Below, piece by piece: positions 25,044 through 37,585 of a DNA stretch of 64,000 bases (its first letter is position 1; each line of letters starts with the position of its first letter). Source of the stretch: Neoconidiobolus thromboides FSU 785 (Eukaryota > Fungi > Entomophthoromycota); NCBI GenBank assembly GCA_025603075.1, contig MU626268.1, positions 62,001 through 126,000 on the forward strand, read 5' to 3'. The notes below the pieces were generated by a model. That model was not told where the DNA came from. It saw only the letters and a list, made by a program, of their open reading frames with translations, and made no database searches. A program made the translations under genes and the position numbers.

Positions 25044-27122
25044 CTATAGATTCTCATAAAACTCCAAATAACTAGCTGGCAAATAGATCAATTTTTCTTC
25101 ATTATCAATTGAATGGCATAGCCACCAATCAGGATCTTCTTTTTCAATAACAATAAAAATACTATCTGGTTCAAAAACCGTATTGTCTTCATCTTCTTCA
25201 TTCTCATTACTATATTCAAACAATAATTTATATTTACTTCTCTCTTCTATATTCTCATTATTAAAAATAGTTTCTTCTGCTATTTCATTGTTTTCAATAT
25301 CTTTGTTAATTTCTTCTGTTTCGATGATTGTATCCTCATTATATTGTTTGGTATTAAAGATGTTGTTGTCCTTAATAGAATTGTCAAATACATTATCAGT
25401 ATTAGCATAATTATCAAATGCATTATCTTCATGACTATCCTCATAATTATTAATTTGATCAGCATCATTAAATAAATTATTTTGTTGCTTATATTCAATT
25501 TCCCCATCTTCATTAACAACTTCAACATAAGATTTAGGAAACCAATCCATTAAAGAGGGATTGTTTATTAAATAGCCTAATAGCCATTCTTCATTTTCTT
25601 CTAATACATTTAAATAATCGTTACATTGAAATTCAAATTCACTATCTTCAACTGAATAATCATAGCTAGCAATTGCTTTATAAAGTATATTTTGTTCTTG
25701 TTCTCCTTGTTCTTCTTCTTTTAACCCAATTACCTCTTCATTATTTTTATTTGTATCCTTATTACTTATTTCTTCAACTATACTTTTTTCCTGTAATTCT
25801 TCTTTATTATCTTTACTCTCAAGGACGTCATCTTGCTTTACTCTTTCCTCTTTATTGTTATTAATATTATTCAATTGGTTAAAGAATGGATTATGGCTTT
25901 GTTTATTTAAAAATGGATTATTACTCTTTACTTCTTCTAATTTGCTTTCTTTTTCAATAATTCTTTCCTTTGGATCTTCTTTTATTTCTACTTTTGGTTC
26001 TATTACTTCCGCTTTTGGTTCTATTACTTCCACTCTTGGTTTTTCTACTTCTTTCGCAATCTCTTTCTCTTTTATTATTATATTTTGATCAATTTCTTTT
26101 TCAGGTTGTTTAGATGCAATCGATTTGCTTATATTACCGTTGCTAAATAGCTCGTTGCTTCTAACATTACCGATGTTATTAATAGTATTTCTATCAGCAA
26201 TATTATCACTATTAACACTAATATCCTCCACTTTAGTATCCTTTGTTTTCTTTTCTGGAATAGCTAACAATTCAACGTCTTTAATATTGATATTCTCCGA
26301 TAGCCTTATTAAATCCTTTAAAAATGATTTAAAATACACATTCTTACTAGCTTCAAAAGATTTATATAAATTCATTTTAACTTTGAAATTGTTAAACTTT
26401 ATCTTTTCTTTCATAAAATTTTCAGGTATTAAATTCCTTTTAATCGTTTCCATTTTACTTTGAATTTCTTCTTTTTCTTGTTGAATTGCTTTAATTCGAT
26501 TGATTTCTTCTTCTTTTTTGATTTCAAGTTCAATTTCATATTCCTTGATCCTTTGTTTAGCCTCTTCATTAATTCCTTGAGTTTCATTTTCATTATTTAA
26601 ATTCAACTGTTGCATCCTTTTTCTTAATAACTCTTTTGCTTTTCTACTAATTTCATCCCCTTCTTCCTCTACCTCCTCTTTCTTCTCACCACCCAACTTA
26701 TATCCATATTGCACACTGTCTTCAACTTTAAATATTTCTAACTTAATCTCATAGCATTTATTTAAACTATTAATCAACTCATTTTCAACCCAATTACCAT
26801 TTTTTAATTGCTGGTTTTTTTCGTACAATTGAATAACTTTTTCATACTCTTTAGAATCTATCTTTTGATATTTTTGTTCTAATTTTTGATAATATATTTC
26901 AAAAAAGGCTTCTTTAAAGATTGGTACTTGTTTATATAATTCTTTACCATTATTTAACGAACTTTCTGGTAATGGTTTATCCCTTTTGGTTATACTTTGC
27001 TTCTTTTTGAGGGCTTCGAGTTTACCTTCAAGTAATTTGATGTTGTTTAGCAAACCTTCTTTTTTATTTGAGGCTTTAACTCTAGTCCCTGCTTGGTTAA
27101 ATGGTTGCATATTAGTATGTAA

Positions 27123-27157
<35 letters not shown>

Positions 27158-27686
27158 AAGTTTGGAAATTATTTTCTTGATTCATTGAATTATTATTATT
27201 ATTACTGTTCATATAGCCAGTTTTAAGCACCGTTAAGTTGGGATTATTATTATTAAACATAGGATTCACGTTATTTATAGCTGGCTGAGGACTGCTATTA
27301 TTATAAATTGGGATTTCATTTAAACTATTTGGCAAATCACAACCATTTACTCTTGCTTGAATGATATGTAAACCTAAACAAAATTGATTGAGATCTAAAG
27401 AACCTCGATTATTTGGATCTAATAAGTTCCTATTAATAGTTTAGTTTAAGTCTCAGCATACACTGTTTAGTTTCAATAAAGGAAAAAGGACACTAGATTT
27501 ATATTTTATTAGAAAATAAAATTTTACTTACCAAATATAAAATAATTCTTGAGCATTCAAATTACTCTGTAGAAAGACTTGTCTGGATTTATCCCCAGTT
27601 AATAAGCGTCTTTCATCTCCATTAAGACTGATGTATAAATTTCGATATCTTTGTGCTTCTTCAGGTGTTAATGGTTGTATTTTCAT
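25044..27686 (-). CDS. EH-domain + coiled-coil + two SH3 endocytic scaffold (intersectin-like)
   Basis: EH domain split by an intron (LLTGDKSRQVFLQSNLNAQELFYI-W-NLLDPNNRGSLDLNQFCLGLHII...LP). Two NPF motifs. SH3 domains YKAIASYDY...WLLG...WFPKSYV and YKLLFEYS...DWW...YLPASYL. Start position is approximate. Confidence 0.85.
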
Positions 27687-28411
27687 TGTCTTTTTTAAAA
27701 TTGAAGTGGCTTGGTGTTATTTTTCTAGAGTTCAAAATGTTGTTTTAGGAAAGAATACATTTTTGAAATATAATTGGCTAGTATCAACCAATAGACTGAT
27801 GGAACGAAACTTTGGTTGATGGCTTTTAAAATTGTAGCCATGTTTTTTCAGTGCTTAAAAAACTGATTTATTGGAATGTTTTTTGTCAGTTATCCTTTTT
27901 GCTATTTTCAAGTTTAAAAATTAACCAGTGCAGTTATTTAAGTTCTAAAGTGTTGATAAATGATGAATTTTATAATCAACTATTTCTTTTATTATTAACT
28001 TGAGGCTTGTTAGCTTGGTTTTTATTTTGAAATCAGTAGCTAACTAGCACACATATAAGCTTGAACGGCGTACTGGTTAATTAGTTTGTAAATTCAAAAG
28101 TAACAAAAAAGGACAGTTGATAAAAAATATCTCCATAATTGTTCCATTTGAGCTAAACTAATCTATTTTAAGGTTTTATTCCGAATAAATGCTACTTAAT
28201 ATATATTTTATTTTACATTTGTATTATAGTTCTAAATTCTAAAAGCATTAAAATATTTTTTCATGATAGAATTTTACAATAATGTTTTAAAATAACGTAA
28301 ATACAATTTTAACATAATATAAAAAGGGATTAAACCCAATATAATTTTATTTTAAAAAATATCTATACCACTGCCACTATAAGAACATAACGCCTATTCT
28401 TTTCACTATTT

Positions 28412-31400
28412 TTACAAATAAAGCGATGCCGCAAATATAATATCTCTTTTGATCAACCTAACACCCTCTGAAAATTTAATCTCAAGTTCATTGTTACCAA
28501 TGGTTTTACTAGCCATAGCCATCTGTCTTAGCAATTCCTCCAATCTGCGAAACATACGAATAATGGACCCCTCAAACACTTCAGTCATTCCGCACAGCTG
28601 TTCGAAACTAACACCAGCACACCAAGCTAATACTACATCCATAAGATCAGGTTTAAATGTTTTTAAATAAAGATCTTCTTCCATTGGAATCCTACATTCG
28701 TTAGTGACTTTGCATATATATTTTGCTTTCTGTTGGATAGTATTGAATGCCTCTTTAAGTTCATCACGTACTTGTACATCATCATTATCAGTATTTTCAT
28801 CAAATACAAAGCAGGATAAAATAGCAACGGACTGCTCCACTGTTAAATCTGTAAACATACCACAAAAGATCAATTCAGTTAACAATAATTCTCCAGGGTT
28901 AGTGATCTCACAAGCTACTCTGCCCTTAATTTCAATTACATCTGAAGGGGATACAAAACCTAAACGGCGTAATATTCTACGTCTACATTTTAACTCATCC
29001 ATCTTTTCAATGTTATTACTACTGCTGACTTTTTCCTTTAGTTTTTTGGCCAAGTTTTCCATTTTTAAATATTCATCATACTGTTCTTTTTTTTCTTCTA
29101 ATAGAGGATCATTACTAATCGGTTGTTCAAGTAACCTCTTTTCACAATCAGCTACCATCTTTACAATATTTTTATTATCTTCACCAGTTAATTTCATGTT
29201 CTTTATAGGATCCAATAAGGGATATACTTTATACCTTTTGTTAATCTCCTATTTAAATTTTTAAATATTATTATTTACATATATTATTAAATCAATTATT
29301 ACACTATATATCATATCTATCTTTTCAATGTTAGCTTTGCTGGTTAAATCAGTTGGTAATTTCACCATAATTTGAGAGTATCCATCTAATAAAGATAATA
29401 CTACTGGAATGACCTGTAACAGTGATAAATAAAAAATAAATAATAATGAGGTCATAAGATTTACCTTCCAAACCTTTTGGCTAGATGGATCTTTTGGATT
29501 ATAAGGTCTTAATAAAGTGCTAATAGTATTGTTTAACTTGAAATCATAACTGATTTCTGAACTTGCACTCTTCTTATCTAATGGTAATAGTACATCTACT
29601 ACAACTACACCTACCTTTTCAGCAATGGTGCCATTTTTGGCTTCTTTCGAAGTTAAATTGACGATGTTATAATTGACTACAAACCCATATCCAAAATCAA
29701 CATCTATATGGTTGACCCTAACCAATCTACCAGGATTTAAAAATGGGACAGCAATCTTGGATTGATTTAATCTCTCTCTTAACAGTTTCGAGCTAGTCTC
29801 TAACTGTTGCTGAACCATATAATATTTAGGCAGCGCAGGATCGTACTCCATTTGACTCAATTGTTTATTCAATTCTTTTAATTGCCTTTTTAACTTAGGT
29901 AAATTGGCCTGGTTCTGGAAGTGCATAAAAGAGTTCTCAAGGATACTTTCAGGTGTTATACCTTCTACTCTAAGTAAATTCAACAACATATTATAATTCA
30001 AATTGAATGCAGAATTCAACACATCTGACATACCCTTGATCATTGACTTAGCTACTGCTGGCTCCATATTCTCATTGATCATCATAATAACGATACCTCG
30101 ATCATCTAGACCTCTACGACCTGCTCGACCACTCATTTGAATGTATTCACCAGATGTGATCCAACGGCTTTCTACACCATCAAACTTACGCACTGAGGTA
30201 AAAACTACTGTTTTAGCTGGCATATTTAAACCAATTGAAAAAGTTTCAGTAGCGAATAATACTTTGATAAGACCTTCTTGAAATAAGAGTTCGATCACTT
30301 CTTTTAAAATCTGTAAAATACCGGAGTGATGGATACCAATACCACGCTTTAATAATGGTAAAATGTTCACAATCTGTGGTAAATTCCTGTCTTCTTCCTT
30401 TAATGAGTTCATTGCGTTGTTAAAGATGTTTTCTACTAAATCGGCTTCGACAGCTATAAATAAAATATTAGTTTACATCATGTTATGATTATATGAATAA
30501 TACATGAATTGAAGTCAATCTTGGACATTTGTTGCGCTAACAACTCACAGCCCTTTTTACCAAATGAAAACACAATCACTGGGTGATAATTTTTGGTAAG
30601 GATCAGCTTGATAATTTTAGATATATCCGATTCACTTCCTAAAAATATTATTAAGTTACTTTTTATATTTGTCATACCATATCTTTATATACCTTGTGTT
30701 ATTTTTCCAATTTTTCTATTCATTCCTTTTCCAGAACCTCCAACTTCTTCCTCCAAAGTATCCTTTTTAATATGTGAAAGCGCCTTTTCAAAGTTGGCCT
30801 CTTTAAACTCCCCATTCTCATCTACAACTAATCGAATGCCATCACCACCTTCCGGGAACAGATAATGCTGCAAAGGAGTAGGCCTAAAATCGGTATAAAC
30901 CACATGGCACGGTTGGTCATGAAGCTTACAGATCCAGTTGGAAAACTCTAACGCATTTGGTATAGTAGCTGATAAAAATACATACCTTACTTTATCAGGC
31001 AAAAGAATCAATGTCTCTTCCCAAATTACACCTCTTTCTTTATCACGCATATAATGCACTTCATCAAAGATAACCCAAGCTACTTCTCGTACGATTTCAG
31101 ACCCACGGTATAACATAGACCTTAAAATTTCGGTAGTCATAACCAAACAGGATGCATTTGGTGAAATTGTTACATCACCTGTCATTAAACCAACATCTCC
31201 AAACTCTTCTGCAAACTCACGGTACTTTTGATTGGATAAAGCTTTGATTGGAGAGGTATAAATAACCCTCTGACGATTCCTCAGGGCTTGTGCAATCGCA
31301 TACTCAGCTACTACTGTTTTACCTGCTGATGTGTGGGCGGCTACTAACACAGATTCATTGCGCTCAATCGAGTAAATACTTACTTTTTGGAAAGGATCCA

Positions 31401-31881
31401 AAGTAAATGGATAAACACGAGCAGGATTGGCATCTGGCTTGTGCTGTTGGATAGGAACATATGGATAGCCAGGTGGGATAGATACTTGATGGCGGACCTA
31501 TTTTCGGTAAATTAAATAAATTGATCGAAGATTAAATAAATAAATACTTACTTGATGCCTAAGTTTTAATTTCTCTTTACCCTCTTCGCCTACTACTTCT
31601 CTTGCGGTCTCCTCTTCAAAGGAGTCTAAGATCTCTGGTTCCATTTGTACGCCTTCCTTTGATTCCATATTATCATCTTCACTGTCAAGATCGTCATGGT
31701 CGGCTTTTAACTTTTTATTTCTATTTTTATTTTTAATGCTTGGATTATCATTTTCCAAATCACTATCATTTTCTACTATTTTAATAGCTTCATTTAGAAC
31801 TGCGTCTAATTCTTGTCGACCTCTATTGGAGCTGGTCACTGCTTTAATGGTGTCAAAAAGCTCTTCGTCGTCGGAAAACAT
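28412..31881 (-). CDS. MTR4: Nuclear exosome RNA helicase Mtr4 (Ski2-like DExH), multi-exon
   Basis: [56 protein letters not shown] and the C-terminal DSHCT ending [11 protein letters not shown]. Confidence 0.97.
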
Positions 31882-32001
31882 GCTGAATCAATTTCAAAAA
31901 AATTCTTTTTTTGATGAAAAGAATTTTTAGAATTTTTAGAATTTCTATGATTTTTGCACCCAAAATTAGTTGTCAAGTTAGGTTTATTGAAATTATCATT
32001 T

Positions 32002-32100
32002 GGGGATGTATTTTTGTCTTTAAGAATTTTATTAATAAATTTTCCACTCAAATAGCGCTTAAAAAATGGAAAAAGTAATGAAGTCAAAAAAAACACTCCC
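32002..32100 (+). mobile_element. MITE copy 7 (120 bp upstream of the MTR4 ATG)
   Basis: TSD ATTT/ATTT. Confidence 0.92.
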
Positions 32101-32680
32101 ATTTTTTGAATTCGTATAAGTCCTTAGTATTTTTACAATAAAATAATTTAAAGGTGCATCTTTTTTTAAAATTATTTTGTTTGCATTTAAAGTTGAGAGA
32201 CAAGGCCATTATTTATTTAAAATTTAAATAAAGTTAACGACAATTTAGAAATTTTGATTACGTTTAATTTGTTTGATAGGACCAATATATTATATATTTA
32301 TTAGTGAGTAATTATTAAAGAAAGTGAGCTTCAAATAAATCTATAATGTTTTGTTTTACCAATATTATAATAAATATGGAAGTATAGAGGGAAAAGAGGC
32401 ATGGTACTTAATAGAATGTAGGACAATAAATAGTCTAAAACAGGATTCACTTTAATAGATTTCGAAGCGTTTTTATTAATATTAAAATGTTTAAACTGTC
32501 TAACTTTTAACTGTGTAAAAAGGAGCTAAATAGATGAAATAAAAGATATCTCATTTTCTTTCTGTTATTTTAAACAGACAGCTTTTTAAGATATCAAAGT
32601 TATTATATTATTGGCTATTAAAGCTTATTATACTTTTGGTCCACATTCAATGATCTAATTAATTACAATATTAAACACTT

Positions 32681-32772
32681 GGGGATGTACTTTTTTGTTT
32701 AAAATTTTAGTATTTCTGCTCAAATAGCGCTTAAAAGGTGGAAAAAGTAATGAAACCAAAAAAATCATCCTC
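32681..32772 (+). mobile_element. MITE copy 8
   Basis: TSD ACTT/ACTT; small internal deletion. Confidence 0.9.
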
Positions 32773-33102
32773 ACTTAAGACCAATTTTACATTAGTATTT
32801 ACTTTTTTATGTTACAAATATACTTATATTAATTTACCAATTTTTATTAAATAGTAATTTAGCCTAGATGTTTTTTTATGAATATTAATATAATAAGCCG
32901 GAAAAATAATAGATATGCTCATATTGAAATCATGAAATTATACTACCTAAGCTTTTAGCACTCAATTATTAAATATAGTAACAAATTTGATAAACTTAAC
33001 TAAAATTAAATATCAAGTATTGAATAATTTAAGTTATATAAAGTTAAATAAAATAAAATATTTAATAACGTTACTATCCAGTTCCATTTCCTATTAATAA
33101 AT

Positions 33103-33200
33103 AGTGATGTATTTTTATGTTTAAGAATCCTACTAACAATTTTTCTACTCAAATAGTGCTTAAAAGATGGAAAAGTAATGAAGTTAAAAAAAACATCCCC
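33103..33200 (+). mobile_element. MITE copy 9
   Basis: TSD AAAT/AAAT. Confidence 0.9.
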
Positions 33201-33287
33201 AAATTTAAACTGATAAATTAATCTTATTTTTTTGTTTGAGAAAACTAATGTTTTATTTCAATACTTCTGCATCATACACTATTAACT

Positions 33288-34481
33288 TTAAAATGTATCA
33301 TTTACAAAGCCTTTTTTATCTTTTTTGAAAAAGTTTGGGATAATGGGTTTATTATTTTTCCTTCTAATATAATAATATATTCCAAATATGATAAGTAACA
33401 AACCTAATACACCACCAACTACTCCTCCAATTATATTGTTCCTAGTTTCATAATTAGGTTGATAAGTTAGTTCATCAATTAAAAACCCACTTTTTAAAAA
33501 GAAAATCGGAGTAACTTTATCACCATCTTTACAAGTTGCAAAAGGAAGTAATAGATGATCATTGTGAAATACAGCACATCTAACCATTACTTCAATTTCA
33601 GTTATGTAAGGTTGAGACCAGGTTAATTTTTCCAAATCAAAGGTATGTAATTCAAATGGTTTTTCAGATACAAGATAAATCAAATTTTTATTTCTTGTGT
33701 GAGTCCTATTTACTTTTCCTAGCTTTCGTGGTGATGTTCCAATTATAAGTTTTGTACTTGCATCATTATCTGAAAGTTTGATTGATGTTACAAAACTTTT
33801 ATCAGAGTTTTGGTTATTATCCCCATTAATCAAGTAGAGTATACCGTTATAAGCTTCCATTATTGGGACTCCGGTATAGTTTAACTTATCTTTGATGAGC
33901 CTCCATGAATTCTCTTTTTCATTATATACTAGTATTCTATCTGTAAAGTTATTCTTTCCTTTTGATTCCATTTTAGTAACGTACACAAAGTATTCATCTA
34001 AATTGATATCGCTTTGACTAACAACGAATCTAGATGGATCAGCAAACACATCATTGTTGGCTTCTGATATATTTGCTGCTTCATTAAATGAGCTTATACT
34101 ACTTTCTTTAGCATTCCAACTTTTATTATTAATATTATAATAGTATACGGAGGGTCCATTCGATACAAAAAATATATTAATAATCCTACTTTTATCACTT
34201 CCAGCGCCACTATAAATTAAAAATTGAGAGACAGGTTTCTCCCACTGAATGAGCGATTCCCATTGACGGTTGGAGCTCTTTGGATCGACTGCAGCATTTA
34301 AATCCAAACTATAGACTGTATTATTGATATTCCAATAATGGTTACGCTCTGTATATTCATCACCAAATGTATATAGTTTATTATTTATTTTAGCGCACTT
34401 TCCATTAGTAAATAGAGGTGAGGTTATGTCGCTTGAGATTACAGCTGTTGCTAAGAAAGCAATTATTAAAAAAGAATACAT
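33288..34481 (-). CDS. Single-pass membrane protein with a Kelch-like beta-propeller ectodomain, intronless
   Basis: Signal peptide MYSFLIIAFLATAVIS. Kelch-like strands (NNKLYTFG, YYYNINNKSW, YNEKENSW, GILYLING, TFDLEKLTW). TM segment IIGGVVGGVLGLLLIIFGIYYY followed by RRK. Confidence 0.8.
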   Translation of the reverse strand: MYSFLIIAFLATAVISSDITSPLFTNGKCAKINNKLYTFGDEYTERNHYWNINNTVYSLDLNAAVDPKSSNRQWESLIQWEKPVSQFLIYSGAGSDKSRIINIFFVSNGPSVYYYNINNKSWNAKESSISSFNEAANISEANNDVFADPSRFVVSQSDINLDEYFVYVTKMESKGKNNFTDRILVYNEKENSWRLIKDKLNYTGVPIMEAYNGILYLINGDNNQNSDKSFVTSIKLSDNDASTKLIIGTSPRKLGKVNRTHTRNKNLIYLVSEKPFELHTFDLEKLTWSQPYITEIEVMVRCAVFHNDHLLLPFATCKDGDKVTPIFFLKSGFLIDELTYQPNYETRNNIIGGVVGGVLGLLLIIFGIYYYIRRKNNKPIIPNFFKKDKKGFVNDTF

Positions 34482-36010
34482 TTTTTACTTTAACTTTTTA
34501 TCCTTTTCTTTCAATAAATACTTTTCCGAATCCTAGAAACATTATGTAAAGTATATTTTCATACATGTTCAAATCCTGCTTTGGCAACGCCAATTCTACT
34601 TTAATAAATAGTTATCTTATATTGCTTATACTCAGGTTATGATTGGAAAAAGTTATAATTAAAGCAAATTATTCCTAAATCCATACTTCGCTTAAGGTTT
34701 AAATCAGTGACACAAATCATGGTTATTTTGCACACTTTATATTAATATATATTTCAAAGATCTACTTATATATAGCTCAATATCTCAAACATGGTTATAA
34801 AGCAAAAATATTAGACTAAATTAAAGCAAAGAAAAATAAACTGTTAAATTTAATATTCAAACTTTTGTAAAAATCTAGTGAATTCGCTATTACCAACTCA
34901 TAGAAATTATGAAAAAAAGGCAATTCAAATAACTGATCCAGCTTCAAAGATGCTTTAACTATGGAATGAGTATTATGTAATTTCAGATAGTAATTTTGTG
35001 AATAATTTGTGCTTGAGGTACTCTTATTCTTAGTACGCTAATTTATCTCCATTTCGGGTAGCCAGAGCATCCATAATTATGATAATATTCTAACCTTAAT
35101 CTTTATTTATAATAGCCTATATTTATATAGTATTACAATTATTTAATATGAGAACTTTATTAAATTGAAGCTTAAAATCATGATATCATAAAAGTTTCAT
35201 TGATTTAGAGTTTAGCTCACCAAAGAAGGATAACCTTCCTATTAACCTTATCATCCTCACTGCTATGTAAGAAACTATTTGAAGAACTGAATTAAATGGA
35301 TCTTACTTTGCCTTTCAGCTAATTTCAAAGGTAGATAATTATCAGACAAGATCCCCTACTTTACTGGATACTTTTAGATAATAATCCTATCCCTGAAGAA
35401 AGTTCTCTTAGATATTTAAAGTTTTGTTTTGGCCGATAAAATACTTGGTGTTTCGGCATTTTAATGGAAAAAATGCACAAAGATAACATGCTAAAATTTG
35501 TTAGATAGTGTAAAAACAAAGGGGAATAACCCAGAAACCTGTTCGTACAGCTTATGATCAAAAAGAAGAATAAAATAAAATGTATACAAATATCCTTTAA
35601 ATTTTAATGTGTTTTGTTTTTTAATTGTAGCTGTTTATATACTATCTTCGGTAAAAGTTTATCGGTTATAGTTAGGGATATTAGAATTTAATATGTTCTG
35701 TATTTTTTCAAGGTTCTAAGTTTTTGAAAATATTTTAATTTCCCTAAAGTTACCTTTCATCAAATATGTTTGTTTAGGTTTTATACTTGAAAATATTTAT
35801 ATTTTCTTAGTTCATGGCAAAAGGCCTTTATAGGTTGTTGGTATTTTAGACGATTTTGTGCCTGTGAGGTTATAAATTGCTATAATAAAGCGTTTCTTAC
35901 TAGAAAACACATGGGGTATCCGAATTCGTTTTATTTTTTTGTCTAATTTAAATATTTTAAATTTTAAAAACTTTGCTTAAAATCCTACAAAAATAAATTC
36001 TTTATTAAAG

Positions 36011-36476
36011 TGTGAAATCTGGTACTCAGTGGTTGGAGTCAAAAGCAGCTCCTGCTTGATTGACTACCCGTAAGTCGAAAGGTTTTATTAGCCTATATAA
36101 CTAAGATAGACTTGAACTGTAAAGAATAGTACGTAATATGCTACGGGCTATATAAGACAAATAGAATAGGCAATACTACTGTAAAATCTACGTAAAATAT
36201 TACCAGAAAGATTTACTGGCTTTATTAAAGGCAAAATATTAAGGAATAATTCAGTTAGAAAGCCCTAAGTTATTATGTTTTAAAATCTCTTTTATACCCC
36301 AACAAGTATGGATATCAAAATAGGGAGATGATGTTCTTCGGAATTACATGATAGAAATCATCATATCAAATCAAAATAAGAGCATGGGATTAATTGTTTG
36401 TGAGCTCGAGAACACAACAACTTAAGTGATTGTTATGTCATAATCAATCATAGAGCTCACAAAGCGATATTTCACA
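36011..36476. mobile_element. Putative solo LTR inserted in transposon copy B
   Basis: 466-bp block absent from copy A; TG...CA ends with an 8-bp inverted repeat TGTGAAAT/ATTTCACA; flanks AAAG/AAAC; TATATAA motifs inside. Confidence 0.55.
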
Positions 36477-37239
36477 AAACCAAAAGTACTTGGCTACTTT
36501 TAAACCATTTTATTACAATTTATATTATAAACTAGTGAAATTTTTATTGAATTTAATAGAGACTCCGCGATTGGAAAGGCTTTTACTAATATAACCCATA
36601 TATTAATATTAATCGAAGTTTTAATATATAAACAAGTAAATAAATATTTTTATAAAACTTTATTGAGAAATATTTATTACCAATTGCTTTATAGTCAAGA
36701 TCACAAGTTTGATATTGAACAAATAAATAATTTCAATGTTATGACTATATCATTAATATATTAATGAGTTAACAAACGGTTGTATGGGAGGTAGCAGTTA
36801 ACCCCAAAGCTATAACTATCCCTATATAATATAAGCAATTATATTGCTTATATTTATTATTATAGTCACTTACTCTTTAGCTATTTGTTAACTTATTTAT
36901 TAATAATTTAAGTAATATTAATAATTTAAGTAATATTAATATTTAACGATTGATTCCTATTATTCGATAAACTAATTACTTGCTTAACAAATATTTAAAC
37001 TTTTAAACTTTTTGCTATTTTTGTAAAACAAGATAAGGTTGGTTTTTTAATTTTTATACTTTCTATAAACTTTGTAACTTTAACTGAAACTATATCACTT
37101 TTTTTTAATCTATCAGATGGTGGATAATAATATAATTTATTATTATGTTTAATAAATATAAATACTTTTTAATATCTTATATTTTCATTACTCTTATTTT
37201 TTTTCCATACTTTTCAAAAATTACATTTATTTCTCCATT

Positions 37240-37338
37240 GGGGATGTATTTTTGTGTTTAAGAATTTTATTAGCAATTTTTCCACTCAGGTAGTGCTTAA
37301 AAGATGGAAAAAGTAATGAAATAGAAAAAAACATCTCC
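37240..37338 (+). mobile_element. MITE copy 10 (inside copy B)
   Basis: Family body; TSD ambiguous (ATTG if the left end has 3 G). Confidence 0.9.
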
Positions 37339-37487
37339 ATTGTTAACAATTGAATTAGTAATTCTATTATGTTTGTAAATAAAAATTAAGAAAATTGAAA
37401 TTAATTGATTAATACCTTTTGTTTTACCTAATGCTTCAAAACTATTTTTCTCTTATAAAAGATTTTTAAAATGTTTATCAACTATAT

Positions 37488-37585
37488 GAGGATGTTTTAT
37501 TTGGTTTCATCACTTTTTCCATTTTTTGAGCCCTGTTTGAGCGAAAAATTTATTAGCAAAATTCTTAAATAAAAAAATAATCTCA
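37488..37585 (-). mobile_element. MITE copy 11 (inside the copy B transposase)
   Basis: TSD ATAT/ATAT; removing it restores the host reading KNIVDKHF. Confidence 0.9.

Noticed and set aside
27123-27155. (TTA)n microsatellites here and at about 4780-4820
   Set aside because: Poly-Asn or simple-sequence tracts, common in AT-rich genomes.
5260-30865. Leu/Ser-rich antisense ORFs (e.g. 5260-5475, 14556-14963, 25183-26463, 28449-29264, 30593-30865)
   Set aside because: Shadows of real genes with Asn/Glu/Lys-rich codons on the opposite strand.
36901-36940. 19-bp direct duplication TAATAATTTAAGTAATATT
   Set aside because: Slippage duplication inside decayed transposon copy B.
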